Source: a virus (Duplodnaviria > Caudoviricetes). From it: a DNA stretch of 40,227 bases. The notes under the pieces are model-generated. The model saw nothing but the letters and a program-made list of their open reading frames with translations, made no database searches and had not been told where the DNA came from. How positions within the stretch are numbered: the first letter of the stretch is position 1; each line of letters opens with the position of its first letter. Shown here piece after piece: positions 1-9,281 of this stretch. The DNA lies in IMG/VR virus record IMGVR_UViG_3300042356_000517, positions 1 through 40,227 of that record. One strand, 5' to 3'. The position numbers and the translations under genes are program-made.

Positions 1-127
1 CTACTACAAGTACATGCAGACGCAGGGGTTGCACTGGCACGCGCTGAGTGGACGCATCAATGGCACCAGCATCCTGATCATCGACGAGGTGTCGATGTTG
101 CCGGGCAAGATCCTCGAGTTTGTTGAC
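1..127. repeat. Terminal direct repeat (identical to 40101-40227); circular assembly overlap
   Basis: Exact 127-bp identity between the two ends. It falls inside the helicase ORF, and 127 is a common assembler k-mer. Confidence 0.95.
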
Positions 128-1012
128 TACGTCTGCCGCAAGGTCAGAGGCGACGACCGACCGATGGGCGGCATCCAATTGGTTGCCGTGGGTGATTTCC
201 TACAGCTACCGCCTGTCAGTAAGACTGGTCGGTACGACTGGGCGTTTGCATCGCCTGTTTGGGCAGACCTTGCATTCAAGCACGTCACGCTGCGGCAGGT
301 CCACCGGCAGGACGACCCAGATTTCATCTCAATCCTTAACCAGTTCCGAGAAGGGACCGTCACCAAGGAAGGTGCCGCCATACTCAAGAAACGGGTGGCG
401 GTATTTCCCAAGTCGTCGATCCTCAGGCTATTCACGCACAACACTCAGGTCGATAAGTGGAACGAATACCAACTCGGCACGCTTGAGGTGCCTGAGCATG
501 TGTTTCTAGCCGAAACAAGCGGCAAGCCAACCGACGTGGAATTTCTCAAGAAGAACTTGATCACGCCCTACGAGTTAAAGCTGAAGCTCGGTGCCCGGGC
601 GATGGTGACGTGCAATCTGCGCGACCCTGACAACGCCGAAGGAATGTTGGCAGCCAACGGAGAGATCGGCACCGTCACGGATGTGCAGGAAAACTGCGTA
701 TCTGTGCGCCTAGACAACGGCAGGGAGGTCGGAATCAAAAGAAACACATGGAAATTTGATCCATCTGAGAAAAACACTGCTCAATTCTACCAGTTTCCTT
801 TGCGTCTCGCATGGGCGGCTACCATCCATAAATCGCAGGGATTGACGCTTGATGCCGCGCTGATTGACATCCGCGCAGCCCGGGAACCGGGGCAGGCATA
901 CGTCGCTGTCAGTCGCGTCAAATCGCTGTCTGGCCTGATGCTGAAGGATTGGTTCGCCGGTCTGTGGGTGTCGCCACAGGCAAAGGAATTCCATCGATCA
1001 ATTCAACGGTAG
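1..1012 (+). CDS. Pif1/RecD-like SF1B DNA helicase, C-terminal part (gene starts at 39817, ~431 aa in total)
   Basis: Motifs IIDEVSM, GDFLQLPPV, QFPLRLAWAATIHKSQGLTLD and GQAYVAVSR; in frame with the Walker A at the other end of the window. Confidence 0.95.
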   Translation, partial: YYKYMQTQGLHWHALSGRINGTSILIIDEVSMLPGKILEFVDYVCRKVRGDDRPMGGIQLVAVGDFLQLPPVSKTGRYDWAFASPVWADLAFKHVTLRQVHRQDDPDFISILNQFREGTVTKEGAAILKKRVAVFPKSSILRLFTHNTQVDKWNEYQLGTLEVPEHVFLAETSGKPTDVEFLKKNLITPYELKLKLGARAMVTCNLRDPDNAEGMLAANGEIGTVTDVQENCVSVRLDNGREVGIKRNTWKFDPSEKNTAQFYQFPLRLAWAATIHKSQGLTLDAALIDIRAAREPGQAYVAVSRVKSLSGLMLKDWFAGLWVSPQAKEFHRSIQR

Positions 1013-1249
1013 CTTCTTGCTGTACAGGTTTCGCTTAATGCCGTTCTGAGTGATCTTCCTGCACTCAAGCAGCCCGTTTCTCACCATTCGTGATAGCTTG
1101 TGCCGGGCACTCTCGTAAGTAATCCCAAGCGTTTCCGCGAATTGAATATTGTCAAACTCATCATCGGTCTGAGGTAACTCGCGGTGATGAGCCAATGCCC
1201 ATTCAAGACTGCTAATCGCCTTTTTCGTGCTGGTGCTCAGTTTACTCAT
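998..1249 (-). CDS. Small winged-HTH DNA-binding protein (83 aa)
   Basis: FAETLGITYESARHKLSRMVRNGLL is HTH-like; ATG at 1249 overlaps the upstream stop (ATGA). Confidence 0.65.
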   Translation of the reverse strand: MSKLSTSTKKAISSLEWALAHHRELPQTDDEFDNIQFAETLGITYESARHKLSRMVRNGLLECRKITQNGIKRNLYSKKLPLN

Positions 1250-1986
1250 AGGATTCCCATCGGTGATATCCAATCTCCCGTCTCCGGGTCTTTTGAAATG
1301 TTCCAAAAATTCCATTTTCCGGTCTTCTCGCAGATGAAGCCAAAACCAAAACCGTTGCGCCACTTCAGCCTGCCCGGCTGACGCTCGCAGTAGGTCATTT
1401 GCTCAATGTCTGCCATGCATCCGAGACTGAACGCCTGACCGCCGTCGATCCGTTTTGCGTTAAAGGTGCTGGGTGAATGGACGTGGCCAAAGATGCAGTC
1501 ACCATAGACGCTGTGCATGCCGGTGGCCGGGTATTGACCGGCAACAAAGCCGTGCAGGAATTTCGGACCGCCCTCGGGCAACGTCAGGTATTTCCCGACG
1601 TGGTACGGCACCCACTTGATTTTACGCTTCTTGAATTCACGCTCTGCTGCCTCTGCAAGGTCGGCACAGTGCTCTTTGAGTATCCCATTGCTGGATGTCT
1701 CTGCGGCCTGCCAGAGACGCTGGTCGTGATTGCCGAGGGTCAAAAATTTGAACCCGAGGTCAAGGAACCGGATGCCTGCTTGAAAATCCTCCGAGATCCC
1801 CCGTTGTCTCTCCTCGTCAGAAGCACCTTTGCGAAGTGACCCCATATCGAACAGGTCGCCGACGCACACCATGTGGCCACCCCGAGGCATCCACTCGTCC
1901 CGGAACTGGATCAGCTTCTTGACCGACTCATGCGACACAAGGTCACCATGATTGTCGCCGCATACGATGAACTTCTTGAGTGCCAT
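1246..1986 (-). CDS. Calcineurin-like metallophosphoesterase
   Basis: All five motifs present: GDNHGD, GDLFD, LGNHD, HG, GHVH. Confidence 0.9.
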   Translation of the reverse strand: MALKKFIVCGDNHGDLVSHESVKKLIQFRDEWMPRGGHMVCVGDLFDMGSLRKGASDEERQRGISEDFQAGIRFLDLGFKFLTLGNHDQRLWQAAETSSNGILKEHCADLAEAAEREFKKRKIKWVPYHVGKYLTLPEGGPKFLHGFVAGQYPATGMHSVYGDCIFGHVHSPSTFNAKRIDGGQAFSLGCMADIEQMTYCERQPGRLKWRNGFGFGFICEKTGKWNFWNISKDPETGDWISPMGIL

Positions 1987-1995
1987 TCTTTTTGA

Positions 1996-2496
1996 TTAAA
2001 CGGTGAATCGGATCCTCGCCTTGACCAATGACAGGTTTCGCTTCTTGGCAAAAACACCTCCACCTTCGCGCGATCCTTGCTTGTCGGTATTTCCCTCGAT
2101 CGTGGAGAAGTTTCCATCTTCATCGCACCCAGAGGTCGCGATTCCGATGTGCGAAAATTTGAAGACGACGACATCACCGGCAGCAATCGATTTCGCTGAA
2201 AGGTTTTTCGTCATCGTCGATGTCGTGTTGTCCTGTGCCAGTGACCAGTTGATGAAGTTGAACGCACTGGCGGTGCGTGGCCGTCTGAACGTCTTGGTCT
2301 CGACCTCGCCGATGACTCGCATCGATTCGCGGACGACCCAGCACACGAAGGCGGCACACCACGGCCACGGCTCTTCAGCCGGAAGAGTGGTCGCCGCCTT
2401 GTATTGGTTGACCCGGGGTCCGCAATTCGTGTTGCCGACCTCGGTGGTGCCGATTTCCTCGTAAGCGATTTGAACCAGTTTCTCTGCTAGGGTCAT
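1996..2496 (-). CDS. CHAP-domain endolysin
   Basis: PWCAAFVCW, SHIGI and TIEGNT catalytic pattern; directly follows two small membrane genes. Confidence 0.88.
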   Translation of the reverse strand: MTLAEKLVQIAYEEIGTTEVGNTNCGPRVNQYKAATTLPAEEPWPWCAAFVCWVVRESMRVIGEVETKTFRRPRTASAFNFINWSLAQDNTTSTMTKNLSAKSIAAGDVVVFKFSHIGIATSGCDEDGNFSTIEGNTDKQGSREGGGVFAKKRNLSLVKARIRFTV

Positions 2497-2669
2497 TTTG
2501 ATTTCATCTTACGCAGCATTCGATACAGGGATATCAGGCCGATGATAATGCCGAGCACGAGCGATGTGATCCTTAGTCCGTATTCAAACTGCTCCTGCAC
2601 GCTGGTGATTAGCCCCAGTGACGTAGCACCGAGACCGAGGATGGCATCTGTCGCTCGCGTCGGGTGCAT
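2493..2669 (-). CDS. Holin-like membrane protein (58 aa, not in ORF track)
   Basis: Manual translation MHPTRATDAILGLGATSLGLITSVQEQFEYGLRITSLVLGIIIGLISLYRMLRKMKSK: hydrophobic segments, basic C-terminus, ATGA coupling to the lysin. Confidence 0.75.
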   Translation of the reverse strand: MHPTRATDAILGLGATSLGLITSVQEQFEYGLRITSLVLGIIIGLISLYRMLRKMKSK

Positions 2670-2824
2670 TATTTGTACGAGTCTTCGGCTTTGATGAGAC
2701 CGATGCCTGCTGTGATGGCAGGAATGATTGAGACGAGATCGATTGATCCTCCGTTGAGGAATTGAGTTGCACCGGAGATGACTGCCCCGATGATTGTCAG
2801 AATGCCAAGGATTGTTGTTTTCAT
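2669..2824 (-). CDS. Holin-like membrane protein (51 aa, not in ORF track)
   Basis: Manual translation MKTTILGILTIIGAVISGATQFLNGGSIDLVSIIPAITAGIGLIKAEDSYK: two hydrophobic segments, TAATG coupling. Confidence 0.75.
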   Translation of the reverse strand: MKTTILGILTIIGAVISGATQFLNGGSIDLVSIIPAITAGIGLIKAEDSYK

Positions 2825-2836
2825 AAAGTTATTTTA

Positions 2837-4297
2837 TTAGGCTGTAGGATTTTCAAGTTCGGCGACTTTAGCGGACAGTTGTTGGATAGCCTTAATCATT
2901 GGTCCGATCAATTCTTCGTAACCGATTGACAGTACATCATCGCCACCTTTGACTGAGTGATCTTGGAAGCCACCGAAATCAATTCCAGTTTCAGCAATCA
3001 ACGACTGCACTTCCTGAGCAATGAGACCGTGGTGGAATCGTGAACGCTTGTGAGTGCCATCGTGCGTGATGTTACCGAGCTTGTTCGACTCAAGCCATTC
3101 ATCTTTCTCGATGAGATACGCCTCATAGGCAGGAAGACTTGCGTTATACGCTGCGAGCTTCTCGTCGTACTCTTCCAGTTTCAGGGTGAAGGATTCAAGA
3201 TCGCGTTCGTATTTCTCCTTTTCGGAGTCACTGGCATCGGGTGCAGGTTCAACAGGAGCAACAGGTGCGGTTGGCTCAAACGGCTTGTTGACGATTGCAG
3301 GTGCTTCAGTGCGGTACGACTCACGCATATCCCACTTATAATCCACTGGACGAAGTGCGTTCACGAACTCAAGACCTAATACAGTATCCTGCACGTCAGC
3401 CTTATCGCGGATGTCAGAACGGGCTTGCACCGCGCCGTATGCGTAAGTGGTTGTTGCGCTGTCGCCTAATTGGACTTGATTCGATGCACTAACCGCTGAA
3501 TTATGACCGATACCTGAACAGTTGACGTAAGTTACAAGCTCGTACAAAGCGTTAACACCAAGACTAGAATTTCTTTCTCCAGTGGTGCATCCACTTAAAG
3601 CATTATTACCAATCCCAACATTCCATTGTCCTGTTGTATTTCCGTAAAGAGCGTTTAATCCAGAGGCTACATTGTAGTTTCCAGTAGTGTTATAATATAG
3701 TGCTGCCACTCCAGTTGCCGTATTGTAAGACCCAATAGTGTTATTGTACATCGAGCTGTGACCAACGGCCACATTTCCATTGCCAGTTGTGTTATAATAC
3801 AGTGCATTTACTCCAGTTGCCGTATTGTAAGACCCAATAGTGTTTGAACAAAGTGCTGCCCCTCCAGTTGCCGTATTACTAGCACCTGTGGTGTTATAAT
3901 ATAATGCAATATACCCAGTTGAAGTATTATTAAAGCCTGTTGTGTTTTTATAGAGAGCGTCACTACCGACTGCCGTATTACTAGCACCTGTGGTGTTGAA
4001 TGAAAGAGAGTACGATCCAATAGCAGTGTTACTACTTCCTGTGGTATTAAGATTCAAAGCACCAATACTTAAAGCTGTATTCCCAGTTCCAGTAGTAATA
4101 TTAGCAAGTGCTAAATAGCCGACACCAATATTCAAAGGTGCACTTGGATTGTAAGTGAAAAAGTTAAGATTAAGAGCATCTCGGAACTGAGAGGAATCTG
4201 TTGATTGCTCATCGGTAGAAGACAAGAATACAATTTCGTCATCTGGTGCAGAATACTGAAAAAGTCTTGCGAATGGAACTGATTTGATAAAAGACAT
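2837..4297 (-). CDS. Tail fibre/spike with 17-aa beta-repeats and C-terminal intramolecular chaperone (peptidase S74-like)
   Basis: NTTGxxNTAxGxxAL repeats; SDIRDK...LRPVDYKW...HGLIAQEV...YEELIGPMIKAIQQL chaperone motifs. Confidence 0.88.
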   Translation of the reverse strand: MSFIKSVPFARLFQYSAPDDEIVFLSSTDEQSTDSSQFRDALNLNFFTYNPSAPLNIGVGYLALANITTGTGNTALSIGALNLNTTGSSNTAIGSYSLSFNTTGASNTAVGSDALYKNTTGFNNTSTGYIALYYNTTGASNTATGGAALCSNTIGSYNTATGVNALYYNTTGNGNVAVGHSSMYNNTIGSYNTATGVAALYYNTTGNYNVASGLNALYGNTTGQWNVGIGNNALSGCTTGERNSSLGVNALYELVTYVNCSGIGHNSAVSASNQVQLGDSATTTYAYGAVQARSDIRDKADVQDTVLGLEFVNALRPVDYKWDMRESYRTEAPAIVNKPFEPTAPVAPVEPAPDASDSEKEKYERDLESFTLKLEEYDEKLAAYNASLPAYEAYLIEKDEWLESNKLGNITHDGTHKRSRFHHGLIAQEVQSLIAETGIDFGGFQDHSVKGGDDVLSIGYEELIGPMIKAIQQLSAKVAELENPTA

Positions 4298-4358
4298 GGA
4301 ATTATTTATTAATGATTGTTAGGATACCTGAAATTGTTGTTTTTATATGTTTTTGTTG

Positions 4359-4679
4359 TTAAGCCCAAAATACTGTTGGAGAAATTACTTCGTCCATTGG
4401 ACGAGGAACAGGATGTTCGTCATCTCCTTCTCCGGTTGTCCATTCACTGCACCAGTAAATGAACTGATCGGCTCCGGCTGGCACTTCAATGTGCGAGAAA
4501 TCACGATACAGGATCCAGTAATCCGATCCGTTGTATTCTCCGATCTCAAGCAGGCAGTGGTTGTGAGTTGCCGTTGAGGCTTGCCATTCGCCATTCTTAT
4601 CTTGAGATGCCAGTCCGGTTGACGCTCCGAATTGGATCGCGGTTTCCTTTGATGGAAATTTTAAGAGGTAATCGATCAT
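4359..4679 (-). CDS. Hypothetical protein, possible fibre chaperone
   Basis: 106-aa ORF coupled (ATGA) to the upstream fibre-like gene. Confidence 0.65.
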   Translation of the reverse strand: MIDYLLKFPSKETAIQFGASTGLASQDKNGEWQASTATHNHCLLEIGEYNGSDYWILYRDFSHIEVPAGADQFIYWCSEWTTGEGDDEHPVPRPMDEVISPTVFWA

Positions 4680-5695
4680 ACGGTGAGAGTTTGGAGTTTT
4701 GCGTTAGACAGGCGTTTTTTGTAGTAGCGGATGGATGCTAAATGTCCTGACCAATAAAACGATCCACCAAGCATACTACCTATCTGAAGCGTCAACATTG
4801 TTTGAGTTGATATTACGGCAGCAGTGTTCGTAACGGATGCTCCGTTTGTGGATATGCTTCCTCCTCCAGTATAATATGCAAGACCACGCTTGAAGGAAGT
4901 GTTTGCGGAATTTGCAAAAGTCGGAAGCAATGTTGTTGCTGTTGTGTTTCTTGATTGGGTCCCAACTCCAACTAAAGACGCATCGTAATATGTCAAAAAT
5001 CCGTGTGAACCAGTGTTATTATTTATTCCCCACATTCCACGATTACTGCCAGCAAGACTGGCGATTAAACCACCACTGATAAGAGTTCCCTCTGTGGCGT
5101 TATACATACCCGTAAAAGCACTACCAGTAATCGAGCAAACATCCGCACTGCGGGTGAGTGCTGCGGTTGTCGTCGGGATGTAGGACGTGGGGAAGGCTCC
5201 GGCTTCAAGCTGTGCCTGTGTCACCGATCCTGTCACGGTCAAAATAAGACTACCAGCGGTCGGCGTAAATATAAGCGTGGTGCGAGTTGGATAAGCTCCT
5301 GTTCCCGTAACCGTTGCTATGGCTACGCCAGACAAAACAACCGTTCCCGTCCCGTAGAATGATAGCGTGTGTGCTACCGCTGTGACAGTGCGTGTTTGGG
5401 TGGTTAGCGTTTCGCTTGGGAATACCAAGTTAGTCCTGCTCTCCTCAATCAGCAGCCCCTTGCAAGCCAAAGTCACTGGATCGTGGTCGAAGCGTGCAGC
5501 GTTAACAGCGGCATTTTGGATCAGCCCATCGCTACCAACAAACGTCCCAGTGCTTCCTCTTGAGAAAACAGGTGTTGGCCCCTTGCGGGCAGTAAGCGTC
5601 TTATCCGCTGCAAATTGAAGATCGAGCGATAAACCATCTGGGTTTAGTCCAGTGGCATTACCTACCATTCCTCCTAATACGAGTGCGTGTGCCAT
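4676..5695 (-). CDS. Virion fibre/spike-like protein with lectin-like C-terminus
   Basis: FSRGSTGTF...ARFDHDP...GLLIEESRTN...TSYIPTT...RSAD motifs typical of phage fibre proteins; T/G/S-rich. Confidence 0.75.
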   Translation of the reverse strand: MAHALVLGGMVGNATGLNPDGLSLDLQFAADKTLTARKGPTPVFSRGSTGTFVGSDGLIQNAAVNAARFDHDPVTLACKGLLIEESRTNLVFPSETLTTQTRTVTAVAHTLSFYGTGTVVLSGVAIATVTGTGAYPTRTTLIFTPTAGSLILTVTGSVTQAQLEAGAFPTSYIPTTTAALTRSADVCSITGSAFTGMYNATEGTLISGGLIASLAGSNRGMWGINNNTGSHGFLTYYDASLVGVGTQSRNTTATTLLPTFANSANTSFKRGLAYYTGGGSISTNGASVTNTAAVISTQTMLTLQIGSMLGGSFYWSGHLASIRYYKKRLSNAKLQTLTV

Positions 5696-5696
5696 A

Positions 5697-6320
5697 TTAC
5701 CAGCGAAGTTGCATGTTTGAGTTTGTGAAAATTCGGTTCGAGATCAGCGTCTGCGTGTGCTGCTCGTCGAGACGAATCAATTCGTCCTGAAGGATTTCAT
5801 TTGCCTCCTGATCGGCCAGAGCAGCACGTTCTTGCTGCCCTTCAGCACGGAGGTAGTCGGCGTAGGTGCCGTGAGCAAGATACTCGAACCATTCAGCCGG
5901 GATCGCCTGCGACTCTCCTGCGCTTGTGTTGGGTCCGAATTTGTCGTTAAACTGAATTTTGTATGTGGCAAAAGCAGATGATGGATTAAGCGTCCCTATG
6001 ACTATTTTTGCACCAAGGGAATTGACGATGAATTCATATTCTTGAACGCTTTCCAATCCATACGGACGATCCTTATGTATTCTTAAGAACGTATCAATGT
6101 CGTCACCACTAGTGTAATCACTATAAACAATCAGTCCTTCATTGACGCTGACTTCCTCTCCGACGCGCAAGAATCGCGTCCAGTAGTTGGTCGCACGGTA
6201 CGCCTTCTGTGCTCGGCGGTTTATCAGTGCCTTGATGCGGTCCTTTTCAATGTTGGCGAACACGACGCCGCACAGAGCTTGTACGAGGTCAAACAGGTCG
6301 GCGTAGGTGCGTGTCTTCAT
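5697..6320 (-). CDS. Putative head-tail adaptor / tail tubular protein A
   Basis: 207 aa, located after the capsid genes; INRRAQKAYRATNYW and IPAEWFEYLAHG resemble adaptor motifs. Confidence 0.6.
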   Translation of the reverse strand: MKTRTYADLFDLVQALCGVVFANIEKDRIKALINRRAQKAYRATNYWTRFLRVGEEVSVNEGLIVYSDYTSGDDIDTFLRIHKDRPYGLESVQEYEFIVNSLGAKIVIGTLNPSSAFATYKIQFNDKFGPNTSAGESQAIPAEWFEYLAHGTYADYLRAEGQQERAALADQEANEILQDELIRLDEQHTQTLISNRIFTNSNMQLRW

Positions 6321-6323
6321 CGA

Positions 6324-6614
6324 TTAAATTTTGCTGACAGCCATATCTGGCTCAAGTCGTTGGAAGTCTTTCACAAACTCCCTGTCGTCCCAACACTCAT
6401 TACCGTATTTCTGACCCATGAGCAAGTATTCCCTCTGTGGGATTTCGACGAGTTTCCGAAGTGTGCTCTTGTGGTTAATATTCTGCCGGTCTCGGTGGGC
6501 GATCATTGCCGCCTCGGTCTCTCGGTATTTTGCCATCTGCTCGACGAATGCTCGGCCCGAGCATAGTTCGCGGACGAGCGCGGAATTCATGGCGGCTTCT
6601 GAAATTGCGTTCAT
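6324..6614 (-). CDS. Hypothetical protein
   Basis: ORF re-started at MNAISE (6614), because the longer version runs through a terminator. Confidence 0.65.
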   Translation of the reverse strand: MNAISEAAMNSALVRELCSGRAFVEQMAKYRETEAAMIAHRDRQNINHKSTLRKLVEIPQREYLLMGQKYGNECWDDREFVKDFQRLEPDMAVSKI

Positions 6615-6624
6615 AGGTTTGGGT

Positions 6625-6668
6625 AGAAAAGAAAAAGCCGGGGAGCAGGATTGCTCCCGTTCCCCGGC
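6625..6668 (-). terminator. Rho-independent terminator after capsid genes
   Basis: GCCGGGGA...TCCCCGGC hairpin followed by TTTTTCTTTTCT on the minus strand. Confidence 0.85.
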
Positions 6669-6680
6669 CAGAGTCAACGG

Positions 6681-7097
6681 TTAGTTGATGTATTGAGCAT
6701 TATCGTGGATAATCATCCCGATAACAACTTCGCCAGCAGTTGGAGGACCACCAGTAAATACGATCTTGAGGAAGATCGGAGTTTCGGCAGCATAGTTGCT
6801 TAGTGAATGTGTTCCGATCGGTGCAATTGCAGCAGTTGTACTGCCAATTGCAGCAGTGCTAATCAAGCTGGTAGCAGTTCCAGACGTGATACCGATAGTG
6901 GCAGCAGCAGCAGTCACTTCAGCATTGAATGCTACTGGTCGAGAGATGACCGTAAGCGTAACGCACCCACTTGCGGGAACCGTTGCGATTCGGTATGTAC
7001 CTCCAGTGATAGCCGCAGAATTAGCAGCGATATCAGCGGCGGTAAGCCGAATGACATCAGTGTATGGACTTTTTTCGTTGTTTGATAATTTTGGCAT
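6681..7097 (-). CDS. Putative capsid decoration/cement protein
   Basis: 138 aa, A/T/G/I-rich, between the major capsid gene and the terminator. Confidence 0.6.
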   Translation of the reverse strand: MPKLSNNEKSPYTDVIRLTAADIAANSAAITGGTYRIATVPASGCVTLTVISRPVAFNAEVTAAAATIGITSGTATSLISTAAIGSTTAAIAPIGTHSLSNYAAETPIFLKIVFTGGPPTAGEVVIGMIIHDNAQYIN

Positions 7098-7134
7098 AAT
7101 AATATTCTTATTTTGTTATTACTAACTCAGTTGA

Positions 7135-8127
7135 TTAGGCAGGATTGGTGATACCAGTCACTTTGCCAAAGGCTCCGGGGTGCTTAACGACAAGCGTTCC
7201 GGTCATATCCACATAGCCGCGAGGACCACCACCTTGGTCTTCAAGACGCTTGGAACCCATTGGGATCAGCGTGTTGAAGCCGAGATACTTTGGATTGATG
7301 ATGTAACCTGTACCAGCAAGTGTGCAAGCAGGATTAGCATTGACGATCTTGAGCATGCCAAAATCAGAGTCGTATACACTAACAGAAAGCGTGATTTGCT
7401 TGCTGGTTGCATCTTGCATGACGGTGTACACATTGTCGGTGCCAGCGGCCTGATTTGCACGGGTGAAGTTGCTGATCGTGCGACGAACAGCGGTACCTGC
7501 AACAAGAGTCAGTGCATTCATTTCGCCGTTTTGGGCGAAGATCGATGCAAGAATCGTGTTGAGTTTAGCTTCCGTCAACGAGGTGTCAATCGATGCTGCT
7601 GGGGTACGATACGCAAGAGGAATTGCAGTCGTGCCGTTGTTGATCCAAGCACCGAGACCACGCATGGTGTACGGAGTGCCAGCACCATTTTCAACGGTGT
7701 AGTCCTGCGTGCCAGAGATAGTGGCTTCTACGTTGCGCTTAACCTGTTTAATCGATTTCACTTCAGCCTGTGCGAAGTCCGCAGGACCGACCGAGCTGAC
7801 AGCTTGTTGCAAGTTCGAGACGAGATAATCGTCGCGGAAGGTTTGCACATAGTTGCCGAGACGAGCACGATTGCTGAATTGATTGGTGAACGAGGTTACG
7901 TCGGCACCTTCAGCGATACCTGTAGTAACAGGAGCTGAAAGGACATCGACAGTCCACTCGGTAAACGTCGAATTTGATTTACCCTTGGAGCACAAGGAAA
8001 GCAAAGGCGTTTGTTCTGGCGCGAGGATGGACAGCTCGGTGCTGAGATCTTCGCGATTGGAAACGGCGGATCCGGTAACCGTCTTTGCAGCCGGGGCGGT
8101 TGGTTGGTATGTGTTGGAAATAGCCAT
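7135..8127 (-). CDS. Major capsid protein (DUF5309/SU10-like HK97 fold)
   Basis: NREDLS...PEQTPLLS...EWTVD...EGAD...NYVQTF...GTLVVKHPGAFG; follows the scaffold gene. Confidence 0.9.
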   Translation of the reverse strand: MAISNTYQPTAPAAKTVTGSAVSNREDLSTELSILAPEQTPLLSLCSKGKSNSTFTEWTVDVLSAPVTTGIAEGADVTSFTNQFSNRARLGNYVQTFRDDYLVSNLQQAVSSVGPADFAQAEVKSIKQVKRNVEATISGTQDYTVENGAGTPYTMRGLGAWINNGTTAIPLAYRTPAASIDTSLTEAKLNTILASIFAQNGEMNALTLVAGTAVRRTISNFTRANQAAGTDNVYTVMQDATSKQITLSVSVYDSDFGMLKIVNANPACTLAGTGYIINPKYLGFNTLIPMGSKRLEDQGGGPRGYVDMTGTLVVKHPGAFGKVTGITNPA

Positions 8128-8145
8128 AATGGTATTTGATTTGTG

Positions 8146-9189
8146 TTAGCTGAGACGTGCAACTCTTGCCGCAATCCAGTCGTTCTCTGAATGAGATTTT
8201 TGAAACTTCTGATATTGTGAATCAGCCGCCTTCTTCGCAGAGCGAGGACTGCTCTTCGCCGCTCCGACACCAAACGGAGTCCCTGATACTTTTGATCGGG
8301 AGGTTTCCGTCGTCTTCGCACGATTCACGGTCTTCGCTGACCTCTGCATTGATTTTGCGGCGTGTGCCAGAAGGTACGCGAGTTGCGGCGCGATGTCTGG
8401 AACACGGAGTTTTACTTGAGCAACGAGCGGGTCCGCCATCATTGCGTTGAACTGTTTGACCAGCGAGGATTCCTCGTCGGCAAACTCAGGGATCTCCTGC
8501 GGAATCAAACTGCCAAGGTGAGCTTCCAGTGCGACGCGCTGTTCGCGCTTAACAAGCTCGGCTTGCTGTGCTGGAAGGTACTTGACCAGAGATTCCCGGG
8601 CGTTCCTATTAGCCTTCTTGATTTCACGCTTGGTAAACTCCCGGTCGCCGATGACGATGATGTCATCCAATCCGTAGTCTTCGTGCTCGTCCAAGATGTG
8701 ATCCGTGTCCTTGGCCACCTTTTCCATCTCCTTGACCTGCGCCTTCAGCTCGTCAACCGTCGTGATTTCTCTGAACGGATTTTCTTCTGATGGCACTGGG
8801 TCATATTGAGGCTGTGCTTCAAGTTGACTTTTCAATTGCTCCTCAAGGGCTTTTTTCTGAGCGGTCAACTCACCTACACGGTGCAGCAAACGGCTCTTTC
8901 CCTTTTTGGCCAATTCTTGGATTTGCTCAGTCGTGAGATTAAGCAGATCTAGTTCTTCGCTTTCTTCCTCAGCTTCCTCCGATTGATCGTCTTCGTTCGT
9001 CTCGACATCGTCAACGTCCTGATCGTCTTCGATCAAGTCGTCATCCCCATCAAGATCGTCTGAACGATCATCTTCGTCTTCTGATTCAGTATGCGCCCCG
9101 ATTCGTTGAGCTACAAGCTCCTCGAATGAGATATTGTCTGACACTGGTGTATCTGCCCCAGCGGTGGCATCGGATTGCGTATTTTTCAT
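8146..9189 (-). CDS. Capsid scaffolding protein
   Basis: Acidic N-terminus, coiled coil, basic C-terminus; lies between portal and major capsid genes. Confidence 0.85.
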   Translation of the reverse strand: MKNTQSDATAGADTPVSDNISFEELVAQRIGAHTESEDEDDRSDDLDGDDDLIEDDQDVDDVETNEDDQSEEAEEESEELDLLNLTTEQIQELAKKGKSRLLHRVGELTAQKKALEEQLKSQLEAQPQYDPVPSEENPFREITTVDELKAQVKEMEKVAKDTDHILDEHEDYGLDDIIVIGDREFTKREIKKANRNARESLVKYLPAQQAELVKREQRVALEAHLGSLIPQEIPEFADEESSLVKQFNAMMADPLVAQVKLRVPDIAPQLAYLLAHAAKSMQRSAKTVNRAKTTETSRSKVSGTPFGVGAAKSSPRSAKKAADSQYQKFQKSHSENDWIAARVARLS

Positions 9190-9192
9190 AAA

Positions 9193-9226
9193 ATCACCAT
9201 TTGCGCTCGGCGGTAGCGTTAGCGAT
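9193..9226 (-). promoter_or_regulatory. Structured mRNA leader immediately before the scaffold start
   Basis: ATCGCTA/TGGTGAT outer stem enclosing a CGCT-ACCGCCG-AGCG hairpin, ending 3 nt before the ATG. Confidence 0.5.
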
Positions 9227-9256
9227 ATGTATTACAGTAATACTGACGAACGTCAA
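9227..9256 (-). promoter_or_regulatory. Putative late promoter with inverted repeat
   Basis: TTGACG-TT-CGTCAG-TATTAC-TGTAATACAT; same layout as 29074-29105. Confidence 0.55.
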
Positions 9257-9281
9257 TCAGCACCGTAAGCACACATCAAGA

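Noticed and set aside
1-127. 127-bp end repeat as a biological terminal repeat
   Set aside because: It lies mid-gene and matches a typical assembler k-mer length, so it only indicates circular assembly.
2837-5695. Diversity-generating retroelement acting on the fibres
   Set aside because: No reverse transcriptase and no adenine-specific template/variable repeat pair seen; the duplications are in-frame tandem repeats.
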